From Squalus acanthias (Eukaryota): a stretch of DNA of 64,000 bases. Shown here one piece after another: positions 38,320 to 50,928 of this stretch. The translations under genes and the position numbers were made by a program. The notes below the pieces were generated by a model, which saw only the letters and a program-made list of their open reading frames with translations, was not told the origin of the DNA and made no database searches. How positions within the stretch are numbered: position 1 is the first letter of the stretch; the number at the start of each line of letters is the position of its first letter. The stretch is taken from NCBI GenBank assembly GCA_030390025.1, contig CM059442.1, positions 27,032,001-27,096,000 on the forward strand, read 5' to 3'.

Positions 38320-39921
38320 TGTAGAGTTTCGCAATTATCGCGATTCAAAATAACATGAGAGAAGCAGATTCAATTGATCATTTTTATTAAACGAAATGCT
38401 GTCCTGATAATAAAGGACACAGAAGCCTGTAAAATGGCCGCCGCGCATCGTGGCAGAAGCTTCCAGAGACACAGTGGGCAGACAAGATGGCGTCGAATAT
38501 ACATTCAGTATGAGATTGGATCATACTCGGTACACATTGATAAAGACAGGATGCAACCCGTTTGCATTTTGAATAGCAATGATATAAGTGCTGGAATCGT
38601 TTTCCTATGCACAGTAAGGATCATTGAACTGGGCCATCGAGAACCCATCTAGACACATCAATACACAAATACCCCCCCGGCTCAACAATGAGAGAGACAT
38701 TGGCGGGTGATTAAGCCAGTATTCGGGGGGCCCCAAAACCAGTCGAGGAGACGATTCATACACATCCTGGCTGGCTCAACAATGGAGAAGGCATTAACAG
38801 ATAGTTGGCCAGTTTCAGGTGCTACCGAAACCCGTTAAGAAGATAATCGCCCCATGCTGGGAGTTTTGAGCGCCAAAATCACACAAAGGATAAACATTTA
38901 GATTTGAGCGGGAGATAAGGCGACATAACAGTATAACTATAGAGGACAAATGTCCATCGGTCTCTTGGCTCTTGTATCGCTCTCTGGACTGTCGACTTTT
39001 TGATTTTTCTCTGGACTCTCTTGACTCTTGACTCTTAGCCGTGCTGGTCGGTTATTCGAGTGTTGGGTGGAGCTCAATCGGAACGAGCCGCCTCGACAAG
39101 GGCAAGTAACAGGGTACACCATCCCGAGTGTCAGTAAACGGTGTCCGGACCCAGAGGCCCGAGTGACGAGAAGAAAGACGAGAAGAAATTCCGCGTGCCG
39201 CCACGGTCAGTAAACCCCGACCGCGCCCGAAAATATAACGACAGAACTCATCTTTGAATTCTACCGACTTCTACATGTACCGTAATACAGGAAGATTCTT
39301 CTTTGAATTCTAAGACGGTCTGAAATCCATCGACTGCTTCATGACATCAGGGAGTCTGGCTTGCCTTTCGCGGCAGCGAGAGTAAACAAGTGGGGTACAG
39401 AAACCCTTCCAAACACGTGACAGTCAGGCGCTGCAGCGAAACGAGCTGAGTGCCTCATTTTAAATTTCCGAAGTAAGCCGAGTGGTGAGCATGTTTTCCG
39501 ATCCTACAAATCCAGACGTAGTTTAGGTATTGTTAAGGGAGGGTGGTTTTTATAAGGTTAAGGTATAATGTGTTCCCCTTTTTACGATGTGCCGTGTGTT
39601 CTCCATTTCCATAGACCAAGTTTTATGAACGTGTGTATACTTGTACTCTCTTTGATTTGCGCCTATGACATGTATTTCATGATTTTAGACGCCATGCAAT
39701 AAAGATATTCATTTCGTGCTATTCAACCGGGTCTATTTGAGTTTTTCTCTGCATTACTGCTCCTTGCATCTAAGTCCAGGTGTCAGAACCGTAAGGGCGA
39801 GTGGGTCGAACCACTCACAGGTGCTTATTGCAAAAGGCTGGCCGGAGACCAGAGCAAGCAATAGTATAGGCAACGAAGGCCTAACCTCGCACCAGCACCG
39901 TCTGAGACACGCCCCCTTACA
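38320..39921 (+). mobile_element. Solo LTR, family A, second copy (about 1.6 kb)
   Basis: Same termini and colinear with 36390-38018, with scattered substitutions and one rearranged block; flanks TCAC/CACC (3-bp CAC match). Confidence 0.88.
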
Positions 39922-40496
39922 CACCTACTGTTCCCTCAGTCAGCTGCTGCAATCTTTAGCTTTGGCTTTTTAAAGGCTGCATTCCAATTTCCAAGTATCC
40001 CCAGCAAATTACTCCCATATAACGAGATTTGTGCTGGTGATCTGCCAATGGATATACAGGTAAACTGCCCATAAAATTCTGGCAGATTCAGCTCTGTAGA
40101 GCATTGGCAAGGGTCAACTCCAGACTAATTGGTGCAAATCAAGTGCAACTCGCCAGTGGAATTTTAAGGCCATTGTGTTTTACATTGTATAATGTTACTT
40201 TCCTTATAAATTGGCAAATCCTCTGATTTATTGAGAGCATGCCACACAAGATTCGCTAGTACACAAATAAAAGCCTGGAGATGTATCCGTCACACTTTGG
40301 GTGTCACAACTGCAAATTGTGGTGTAATTCTTCTAAAAAAAAACCAAAAAAGGCATTTTCTGCTGCTTTCTTCTGACCTCTAATTGACCAGAGGATCTTA
40401 AGAGCATTTACCCTCTAATTTACTTTCAGGAATGTATGAAAATTAGACTTTGCAACATTAAGGGAGCACATCATGTTACAGACAGCTGCATCTTAG

Positions 40497-40945
40497 CAAA
40501 AAAAAAGACAGACATGCATTTCTATAGCGCCTTTCACAACCACCGGACATCTCAAAGCACTTTTAGAGTTTAGACACTGTTGTAATGTGGGAAACACAGC
40601 AGCCAATTTGCGCACAGCAAACTCCCACAAACAGCAATGTGATAATGACCAGATAATCTGTTTTGGTTATGTTGGTTGAGGGATAAATATTGGCCAGGAC
40701 ACCGGAGATTAATCCCCTGCTCTTCTTCGAAATAGTGCCATGGGATCTTTTACATCCACCTGAGAGAGCAGACGGGACCTCGGTTTAACATCTCATCCGA
40801 AACACGGCACCTCCAACAGTGCAGCACTCCCTCAGCACTGCACTGTCAGCCTAGCTTTATGTGCTCAAGTCCCTGAGTGGGACTTGAACCCACAGCCTTC
40901 ATGACTCAGAGGTGAGTGTGCTACCAAATGAGCCACAGCTGACAC
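40497..40945 (-). mobile_element. Full-length Deu-domain SINE
   Basis: Head GTGTCAGCTGTGGCTCATTTGG, intact B box GGTTCAAGTCC, Deu core and tail. Confidence 0.9.
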
Positions 40946-40983
40946 AGCAGCAGAATAATACATTTTACATTACATAGCACAGT

Positions 40984-42112
40984 TGTGAAGGAATAAGCCA
41001 TATAACCTAGTCAGAAAAATACACCATTCTATGAAAGAATTCTGGCCTTATTAAAACATGACAAACTGGGTCTGGAAATCTAGAAACCTAACTGGAAAAG
41101 CTGTGAAACCATTCTGGCTATAGAGATAAGATAGTTGTTGACACTGAATCAATAACCTTATTGAAACAGAAGGTTAAAGGCTCCTGACAGTCTGAATCTT
41201 TGGGAACAAACAATAGTTCACCCTGGTTAAGGTGTCCTAATTTACACTTCGTAAAGAAGCACAAACATCTGCCTTCGTAAAAATGACATCAAATAAAGCG
41301 CACCTGCTGTTACACCATTTTTATGGTAAGCTTGGAACACCTAGAGGAGAGACATGGTTCTGTAATGCTACCAGCTGAGGTGACTAAGAATTGCAGAAGT
41401 CAGCAGAAAAATGACTAGAGATAATTAGCTTACATCAGCAGAAAACCTTAAAGGAAATACCACTGAAAAAGGGTATAAATATTGAACTCTCAAATGGGAT
41501 AATAGACTCGCTGTAAAGGGGCAAAGTGATTCTCAGCTTCAGAGGCAGCTCTGTAAGTCTATAACTCTTTGTACCTTGGGGATCAAAGGTACTGTATTTG
41601 ATTTTGGTGGATATCCTGTAGAAAACTAAGAACTGTAAAACTGTAGCGAAGTTAAGATTTGAGAATAAGGATCTCTGATAATAAGATTGTAAAGCTTTCT
41701 CTTTTTGGAACTGTTCATGTTGCGATTGAATCACCAACTGTAAATTACATGTCGGTTCCTTAATAAATCTATATATTTTTAGAATTGTCTCACATAAGAC
41801 TTCTGTATCAAACTCGCGAACTCAATTTCTGTACACGCTTTGGTGAGGGGTTGCAGAATTCTGGGGGAGTTTTCCAGACCCTCATAATATCTGGAACGTT
41901 AGTCTAGCTAAACTTATTAAAAGTGCTATCTGGAGAATGGTAACATTTTCAGGTTGTTCCTTTCCTTTAGGGAGAGATAGTCCGGACCTTTAGACCCAAT
42001 TAAGTGTCTTTAGGATTCGGCTACCTCAAACTTTAGTTGAAAGTGAACGTCTGAGGAATACGCCTGATCTGGGGTAGCCCTAAAGGGGCTAGGACTAGTA
42101 ATTATCCCTTCA
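40984..42112 (+). mobile_element. Solo LTR, family B (1129 bp)
   Basis: Inverted termini TGTGAAGGAATAA / TTATCCCTTCA; 4-bp TSD CAGT/CAGT; TATAAA near 41474 and AATAAA at 41762. Confidence 0.8.
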
Positions 42113-42539
42113 CAGTGCTCTTGTCCTTATAAAGCATCTCATCTTCTGACTTGCTGTGAACAATACCATAATTTAACAAAGGGAACAAATAGTGTAGTCA
42201 ATAAAGTAAAATTTTATTAGTATTCGCAGACTATACAATATTCACTCAAAGTACTTAACTATCTGGAGGTTTAAAAAGATCAAATATTTAATGAACTTTA
42301 TTAATTACAACTGTAGGCAATTAATGTTTGCTTTTTACTGAATACTTTAGTGAATGCATTCAGGTGTATTGACTGCTTGTAGCAATATGAAACCAGACAA
42401 TCAGTTTAACATATCATACACGATTATTATTAATTATGAATAGTTTTAAAACTGAAATTTATTTAAGGAGTGAATTTGGAACAAAACATAATTTGTACTT
42501 CACTGGTAATGCAGACAGAAGAGTGCCAGCAATGTCACA

Positions 42540-42706
42540 GGATAGGCACAGGTTTGGACATATGGAATAGCTGGCAGCCAAGAACATCCTTTCTTGATAA
42601 AAATAGCTACTTCCCACCAACCCCAACCCCTTATTTACCCTCAACCATTTTCCCCGTCCTCTCTAAAAGATATTGATGTTTCGCTTAAGTGTCAACTTCA
42701 CAGTTT

Positions 42707-42745
<39 letters not shown>

Positions 42746-43450
42746 GGTCCACTCCAGGGACTTGAGCGTATAGCCCAGCCTGCACTGGGGAATACTGCCC
42801 TGTTGAGGTGTCAACCTCCAGATGAGATGTTAAACCCAGGCCCTGTCTGTTCAAGTAGATGTAAAAACTCTCAGGGCAATATTTGAAGAAGTACAGGGAG
42901 TTCTCTTAGTGTCTTCCTTAACATTTATCCCTCAACTAACACCAGCAAAATAGAGTATCTCATTGCTGTTTATGGGATCTTGCTGTGTGCAAATTGGCTA
43001 ATGCACTTACCTATAAAAACTGACTGCACTTCAAAATAGTTTGCTGTGAAGCGTTTTGGAACATCCCGAGGACATAAAGTGCCATATAAATGTAAGTTCT
43101 TTCTTTCTTGCTGGGCTACTGTTCCAAGGTCACTGGTCGCCCTCTGGTATCTCGCCCAGGTGACTAATCATACCCAAGTACTGGCCAGCTATTTTATCTT
43201 GGGATGGGGGAGGGACACGGCAGATGAACCTCATCTTGTCTTCACCCAACATCTGCACATGCACTTCCAACAAGGGATGTTCGACAATAATCAGGATCGA
43301 CCACAGGAACCGTGACACTTTTCCCCTCAACTAAGAAGCACTGAGGTCAATTGTTACACCCCTACCACCAGCCTGGCTGAAACCAGCTAGCTCAGCACAG
43401 TCTGGAGATTGAACCTGGGATCTTCCTTTTCTGTATGGCTCAACAACACA
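42540..43450 (-). mobile_element. AmnSINE2-like tRNA-derived SINE, interrupted by a Deu SINE
   Basis: Minus strand CCCAGGTTCAATCTCCAGACTGTGCTGAGCTAGCTGGTTTCAGCC..ACAATTGACCTCAG resembles the recalled AmnSINE2 5' region; 3' boundary uncertain. Confidence 0.55.
42689..43108 (+). mobile_element. Diverged Deu-domain SINE
   Basis: Head with GGGTTCAAGGTCC, core GATGAGATGTTAAACC, tail GCCATATAAATGTAAG. Confidence 0.85.
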
Positions 43451-43564
43451 TTAGAAAAACACTTCTTGATAGACAAAATATGCCACCAAGGAAACATTTA
43501 TTTTCAGTAAAGATGTGTTTTTGAAAGAGAAAACTTCAAAACAAATACAATATAAAGGTAGATT

Positions 43565-43940
43565 ACATAGGAATTGCAACATGGAAATGGGCCATTCGGC
43601 CAAATCAGTGCATGTTGGTATTTGTCCTCCACACAAGCAGTAGTCCCAATCCCATGTGCCTGCCCTGTTACCATATCCCTTCATCCCCCTTTCCTTCTAT
43701 CTAACCTTACCTTAAAAGTTAAGTTTGTCTTTGCTTCTATCATTAACTCTAGTAGTACATTCCACGGCCTTACAAGCTTCTGTGTAAAAAAAGGTTTCTC
43801 CTGCTCTGTCCTAAATCTCTTACATTTAATCTTATATCTATGTTCCCTCGTTCTAGACATCGGAACCACTGAAAACATTTTGTTTCTAACTACTCTGTCC
43901 CATTGCTTCATAACTTTAAACACCTCTATCAAGTCGCAGG
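43565..43940 (-). mobile_element. CR1 3' fragment
   Basis: DLIEVFKVMK..SRTREH..FFTQKLVRPWN. Confidence 0.85.
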
Positions 43941-44119
43941 TACAGTAACAGTACATTCAATTAACTATCATTCCTCTTTTTGAAACAGAATCAGTACATC
44001 CTCATCATCTAAGTACAGAACAGCATCAGGAATTATTTTTATAATGGCCAAGATTTTAGTCACTGATGCTCATAAATTAATTACAGTATAGCTAGTATCA
44101 GATCAGCTCTTGAAACAAG

Positions 44120-45958
44120 AAGGGACCTAGCACAGGTAGATTGGACAGGATGATTGCAGGGTAAAGCAGAAATGGAGCAATGGAGGGCATTCAGGGAAGA
44201 GATAGTTCAGGTGCAAACTAGGCATTTGAAGGGAAAAGGTAGAGCATCCAAAGCTAATGCTAAAGTATTAAATGCGTACTTTGCATCAGTCTTCGCAAAT
44301 GAAGTGGACGATGTGAAGGTTACACTAAAAGAGGACAGGAAAGTTATGGACAGGATAGGAATAGATAGAGAAGACATACTGAAAAGATTAGCATTACTGA
44401 AATTTGGTAAGTCACTTGGTCCAGATGGAATGCATCCTAGGTTGCTGAAAGGGCAAAGGTAGAAATAGCAGAAGCATTGGTCACAATCTTTCAATCCTCA
44501 TTGGATACAGGATTAGTGCCGGAGGACTGGAGGGTTGCTAATGTTATACCACTATTCAAGAAAGGGGAGAGGGATAAACCAGGAAACTACAGGCCAGTCA
44601 GCCTAACATCAGTGGTGGGGAAGTTATTGGAAACCATTATCAGGGATAAAAACTTTCATTTGGAAAGGCATGGGTTAATCAAGGAGAGCCAGCATGGATC
44701 TATAAAAGGCAAATCGGGTCTGATGAACTTGATTGAATTCTTTGATGAGGTAACAGAGAAAGTTAATCAAGGTAGTGCAATAGATGTTGTATGGACTTTC
44801 GGAAGGCATTCAACAAAGTGCCACACAGGAGGCATATTAAGAAGATGGAAGCCCATGGAATTAAGGGGAAAGTGGCGGTATTGATACAAAATTGGCTCAG
44901 TGACAGAATGGAAAAGGTGGTGGTGGATGGATGTTTTTCAGACTGGGAGGCAGTTTGCAGTGGTGTTCCCCAAGGGTCAGTTTTGGGTCCATTAATCTGC
45001 AACGAAATAGATTCGGGTGTAGTGAGCAGCATTATAAAGTTTGCAGATGATAAGAAACTTGGCAAAGTAGTATATAGTGATGAAGATAGTTATACATTTC
45101 AGGATGACAGAGACAGGATGGTGAAATGGTCAGAAGCATGGCAGATGGAATTCAATATGGAGAAGTGTGAAGTGATGCACTTTGGGAGGACTAATATGGA
45201 AAGACAGTATACTATAAATGGCATGATTCTGAAAAGTGTAGATGAGCAGAGACACCTTGGTGTCCATATACATAAATCCTTAAAGGTGGCCGGGCAAGTT
45301 GATAAGGTGGTTAAAAAAGCATACGGGTTACTCAGGTTTATAAATAGAGGCACAGAATACAAAAGCAAGAGATCATGCTAGAACTTTATAAATCATTGGT
45401 TAGGCCTCAGCTGGTGTATTGTGGACAATTCTGGGCACCACACTTCAGGGAAGATGTAAAGGCCTTAGAAAGGGTCCAGAGGAGGCTTACCAGGATGTTA
45501 CCAGGGGTGAGGGACTTTACTTCTGAGGAGAGGTTGGAAAAGTTAGGACTGTTCTCCTTGGAACAGAGAAGGTTAAGAGGTGACCTAATAGAGGTTTTCA
45601 AGATGATGAGAGGTTTTGATAGAGTAGATAGAGAAAAACTATTCCCTCTGGTGAGTGGGTCAATAACCAGAGGTCATAGATTCAAAATCATTAGCAAAAG
45701 ATCTAGAGGGGAGATAAGGAGAAATATTTTCACTTGGAGTTGTCGGGATCTGGAATGCTCTACCTGAAAAGGTGGTGGAAGCTGATTCCATAAATAATTT
45801 TAAAGGGAGTTGGACAAATTCTTGAGGATGAGGAACTTACAGGGTTACGAACAAAAAGCGGGGATGTGGGACTAAGCACGACTGCTCTTTCAAAGAGCCA
45901 GCACAGGCACGATGGGCCGAATGGCCTCCTTCTGTGCTGTACGTTTCTATGATTCTAA
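44120..45958 (+). mobile_element. Degenerate CR1 (RT to 3' end)
   Basis: [50 protein letters not shown]; TTCTATGATTCT tail. Confidence 0.95.
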
Positions 45959-46394
45959 GATCAAATATGAAATGCAGGCATTTGAAAGGTGGTTACAGAT
46001 TAGTTGCTGGAAAGGTCAATAGTCTACACTTTAGTCAGGCATGTCTAGCATAAGAAATACATTTTGATTAAAGGTATGCTAGTTATTCCGGCAAGATCGA
46101 CAGAGTCACATTATAGCTGGGCTGTCTTCTACAAACCATATGGTATTTAAAATTGATTGACGAATGAAGCCATCAAATTGCTTGCTGCAGGTTTAACAAT
46201 TCAGACAGTGCTATTTTTTTCCAAAAGCACTACAAAACTGACTAGTTTTAAGAACAGTTGCAAAGTAAAAATTAAAGAGTACATTTCAATAATAAGTATC
46301 AAATTAGCAGTCCTTGTTCACTTTAGGAAAAAAAGTGATATGACCAGAGATATGACTATTTAAAAAAAAAATCTAAAATGAAGCTATGCATTTG

Positions 46395-46740
46395 GGTGGG
46401 ATATTGCATGAACAGAGTCCTTTCCCTTCTTACACTCAAGTTTAAATTCAGTTCAGACTGATGGGATTAAAGTCTCTTCTCTCTGCTAGCTGGAAGGGTC
46501 TTAAATAAAATGAACTTGGGAACTCTCAGTCCAGTTCCTAGTGGACATGGGCCCACAGCACAGATTTGTCATCATTTGGTGCAGGTTGGCATTAAACTAA
46601 AACTCATTCAGATAAGGCAAAAAGATAGCTGGTGTGGGGAGTAGAAAAATTCATATTAATAAAGTAGGATATGATTTTTTTTGACATCAGGTAGTGGGTA
46701 GATTGGAAGATCCTAACTCTGGTTGCACTGTACCTAAATA
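46395..46740 (+). mobile_element. LF-SINE-like element
   Basis: TCTCAGTCCAGTTCCTAGTGGACA (46524-46547) matches the recalled LF-SINE core, with colinear degenerate 5' and 3' segments. Confidence 0.6.
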
Positions 46741-47560
46741 GTTTTCAAAGCTTATGGAAAAGCTTTCCATTTCCTGAATGGAAAACCCTCACTTTGATTA
46801 GCAGAAACATTCACCAGAAGAGCTGATGTACTTGCTGCCACTTTAGACAGCTAGAGTTTATATATCTAAAATGCATGCATGGAGAGACAAAACACCTCAG
46901 CGTTGAATAAAATTTTGCGTTGATTTTTAATGCTCTTTCTCCTCCCGGTGTTGAAATCAACACTCAATCACTCCTAGTCTAAACTGATTCTATCCCAAGA
47001 CTTCAGAACTCTTTGTAACGAATTGGGAAGTTAGACTAGTTTATTAATAATACATTAAAAACAAAATCAGCAGTTAGCATTCAGCTAGCCAGTATTTGTA
47101 TTTCTAATGGCCCCAACCACTCCATCCATCCTGAATTAGCATAATTAGTTAACTCATCTTAAAAACTAATGAACTGTCTTGAGGTCTTGAGTAGTGTGAA
47201 ATTTTGTAGTTGTCACAATTAGTTTATAGTAAGTTTGTCAAAATTTGGTAACAAACAGGTTGATATAATTCATCTAGGTATACTGGCAGTCTAAAACTTA
47301 ATACAAGGTGAAACACATTTTCATGTATCCCTCTTTACCAAATATTTCTGCAAGAGTACCTAGTATAATAGTAAAATGATCCACATAAATAAAAAGTTAA
47401 AGTCCTGAATTTAAACAAAGAACCTTCCTCCAAACTTGAGTAATAGTACAGTCTTTCCAGAATTTTCACCATTTACAATCAGTTTGCTGGTTGTTTTTGA
47501 GTTCTCTCAGAAATAAACATAAATAATAAAAAGGCAGCCGGTGCAAGCATTCTGAATACA

Positions 47561-48256
47561 TTACAAAATATAAAGGAAATGTTTAAACTTAATTATATAG
47601 TAACACTTTCTGTGTTTAAAAGGTGTCTAACAGTGTTTTCATTGGAGGCCTGAGAAACCTGGGACTCAATTTCTTGGGAGCTGTCAGAGCCATCGTGGCT
47701 AGCTGAAGAAACTAAACAAGATACTGTAGCAGGTCTTGCCAAATTTCAACATTTCATTTGCCCTCCATGTGGCACGCTGTCTTTTCTAAATAAACAACCT
47801 CCACTGTGTTTTTTTCAGGAAAGTAACCCCAGAAAAATTTTGAAAGGTTCATGCTACATCTTGTTTTTGCATTTTATACATAGAAAAAAGCAAATTTTGA
47901 TTACTTTCAATGCTCCGCAAAACAGTTTTGCTAGGGTTTTCATTTTCAGTCATTTTGAACCAATACACAAGAAGGAGAAGGGAGCAGTGCGAGCAGCAAG
48001 CCGGGCATGTTCTTGTACAGCCAACTTTGTTGTCAATCTGAAAAAATGTCTAGGAATTGTAACACAGATGCATACTGGCAACTATAGCCGGCTGTCTTGT
48101 TTAGTCTCTTCAGCTCGCAATGATGGCTCTGACAGCTCCCAAGAAATTGAATCCCAGGTTTCACAGGACTCCAATGAAAACATTGTTAGACAACTTTTAA
48201 ACACAGAAAGTGTTATTATATAATTAATTTTAAACATTTCCTTCTAAATTTTGTAA
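47561..48256. repeat. Large inverted repeat (arms 47561-47723 and 48093-48256)
   Basis: Arms of about 163 bp, about 90% identical by manual alignment, with a spacer of about 370 bp. Confidence 0.9.
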
Positions 48257-49059
48257 AACATTGAAGTCTTTATTGTTACAAACCTTATTTCCAGTACTAA
48301 TTTTCTCAGTTTAGTGCGATCCCAAAATGGCAGCAAAAAAGATTCAAATAAATATTTTGAGCTATTTCATTGGTTTATATTTTTATTGGCAACTTTCAAT
48401 GACTGCTTATTATTAATTGCTTTATTTTTGAATGCATGATTTCATACATCCTTAATCATTCATTTTGTAAAGTTTATGTACCCTTTTCATCTGCTTTTGT
48501 TCAGTACATTCCATACCTGTTCAGTTCTAATAAGTTATAGCTTTAAAACGATGAAATTTCAGCCAATCAGGTGCAAGTGCGATGCTAAATTTTCATACAG
48601 GAAAATGTGTCACATAAAGCGTGACAGACAATAATTGCACTAGATTTTTTATATTATAGATAGACTGATAAATATAGATTGGGATTGTTGTTGGAGCTTA
48701 AAACGGTCTTTTGTAGTGTTATTTAAAGTGGACAGAAAAATAGGTTGCCATTACCAACAAGGGATCAGCATTATATTACTTATTAGAATACTTTGTACCG
48801 CACAGATCTCTTGAATTTTTGTATACTCTTTTTGTGTTAATGGCTCCTGCTAGCAGCTGTTATCAAATGGAATTTGAAGTGAAGCACCCAACCCATGGCA
48901 ACAGCGTTGTGAATGTGAAATTCTATCCACTTGGAATGGAACAACATAGAAAAACAAGGAATACTAACACGACTTCTTGTGATGCCTAAAAGTTATTCAT
49001 AGAAAGAATGAACGAACCTCCATGAAGCACTGAGGCCATCAGCAGCAGAATTGTATCCT

Positions 49060-49803
49060 CTTGGGGAAGAGAGTTCCAGATTTCCACTACCCTTTGTGTG
49101 AAAAAGCGCTTCCTGAGTTCACCCCCGAGTGGCCTAGCTCTAATTTTAAGATTATGCCCCCTTGTTCTGGTTTTCCCCACCAGAGGAAACAGTTTCTCTG
49201 TATCTACCTTATTGAATCCTTTTGTCATTTTAAAGACCTAAATTAGATCACCCCTCAACCTTCTATACTCAAGGGAATACAACCAAAGTTTATGCAATCT
49301 AGCCTCATAATTTAACCCTTTAAGTCCTGGTGATTTTCATTTTGGTGAATCTGCGCTGTACCACCTCCAAGGCAAATCTATCCTTTCTGAGATGCGGTGC
49401 CCAAATTTGAATGCAATACTCCAGATGGGGATCTGACCAAGTACGACTGAAGCATAACTTCCTCCCCTTTGCATTCCAGCCCTCTTGAGATATTCCATTA
49501 GCCTTTTTGATTACTAGCTTGTAGTGATTGTTGTACCTGGACATGGAAATCCCTTTCATCCTCCACAGTTCCGAATCTCTTACCATTATGAAAATATTCT
49601 GATTTGTCTTTCTTGGTCCAAAGTGGATGACCTCACACTTCCCCACATTGAATTCCATCTGCCACAATTTTGCCCACTCATTTAATCTATCAATGTCCCT
49701 TTGTAGCTTCCTGCTCCTACCTACACAATTTACTGTGCTCCCTAACTTAATGTCATCTGCAAACTTGGATGTACAACTCTCTATTCCTTCATCCAAGTCA
49801 TTG
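49060..49803 (-). mobile_element. CR1 RT fragment
   Basis: SKFADDIKLG, WQMEFNVGKCEVIHFG, FFTQRVVEIWNSLP. Confidence 0.9.
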
Positions 49804-50928
49804 ACACAAAAAGCAGGACAAATCTAAACCGGCAATTACCGCCCCATCAGCCTACTCTCAATCATCAGTAAAGTGATGGAAGGTGTCGTCAACAGTGCTA
49901 TGAAGCGGCACTTACTCACCAATAACCTGCTCACCAATGCTCAGTTTGGGTTCCGCCAGGACCACTCGGCTCCAGACCTTATTACAGTTGGTTCAAACAT
50001 AGACATAAGATCCGAATTCTTGGGGTGAGGTGAGAGGGACTGCCCTTGACATCAAGGCTTTATTTGGCCGAGTGTGGCATCGAGGAGCCCTAGTAAAATT
50101 GAAGTCAATGGGCATCAGGGGGAAAACTCCACTGGCTAGAGTCATATCTAGCATAAAGGAAGATGGATGTGCTTGTTGGAGGCCAATCAACTCAGCCCCA
50201 GGACATCACCGCAGGAGTTCCTCAAGGCGGTGTCCGAGGCCCAACCATCTTCAGCTGCTTCATCAATGATTTTCCCTCCATTATAAGGTCAGAAGTGGGG
50301 ATGTTCACTGATGATTGCAGAGTGTTCAGTTCGTTCGCAACTCCTCAGATAATGAAACAGTCCGTGCCCGCATACAGCAAGACCTGGATGACATTCAGGT
50401 TTGGGCTGATAAGTGGCAAGTTATCCACTTGCCTGGATGAGTGCAGCTCCAACAACACTCAAGAAGCTCGACACCATCCAGGACAAAGCAGCCCACTTGA
50501 TTGGCACCCCCTCTACCACCTTAAACATCCACTCCCTCCACCACCGGCATACCGTGGCTGCAGTGTGTACCATCTACAAGATGCACTGCAGCAACTCGCC
50601 AAGGCTTCTTCGGCAGCACCTCCCAAACCCGCGATCTCTTCCACCTAGAAGGACAAGGGCAGAAGACGCATGGGAACACCACCACCTCCAAGTTCCCCTC
50701 CAAGTCACACATCATCCTGACTTAGAAGTATTTTGCCGATCCTTCATCATTGCTGGGTCAAAATCCTGGAACTCCCTGCCTAATAGCACTGTGGGAGTAC
50801 CTTCACCACACGGACTGCAGTGGTTCAAGAAGCGGCTCACCACCACCTTCTCAAGGGCAACTAGGGATGGGCAATAAATGCTGGCCTTGCCAGCGACGCC
50901 CACATCCCACAAGCGAATAAAAAAAAAA
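49804..50928 (+). mobile_element. LINE family B, 5'-truncated and internally deleted
   Basis: NYRPISLLSIISKVME, GVPQGGVRGPTIFSCFIND, GMFTDD; tail ..GCCCACATCCC followed by poly(A). Confidence 0.9.

Noticed and set aside
36444-39213. Duplicated short ORFs inside the LTRs (for example 36444-36782 and 38374-38652)
   Set aside because: They have non-ATG starts and different stops or frameshifts in the two copies; the similarity only reflects LTR identity
36390-39921. A provirus or intact LTR retrotransposon
   Set aside because: Only 301 bp separate the repeats, with no gag/pol, PBS or PPT, and the outer flanks do not form a TSD
47420-47512. Minus-strand LRELKNNQQ..KFWK as a possible penultimate IQCK exon
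   Set aside because: In-frame stop, no QELRQWQ motif and no good splice sites; further IQCK exons were not found in the window
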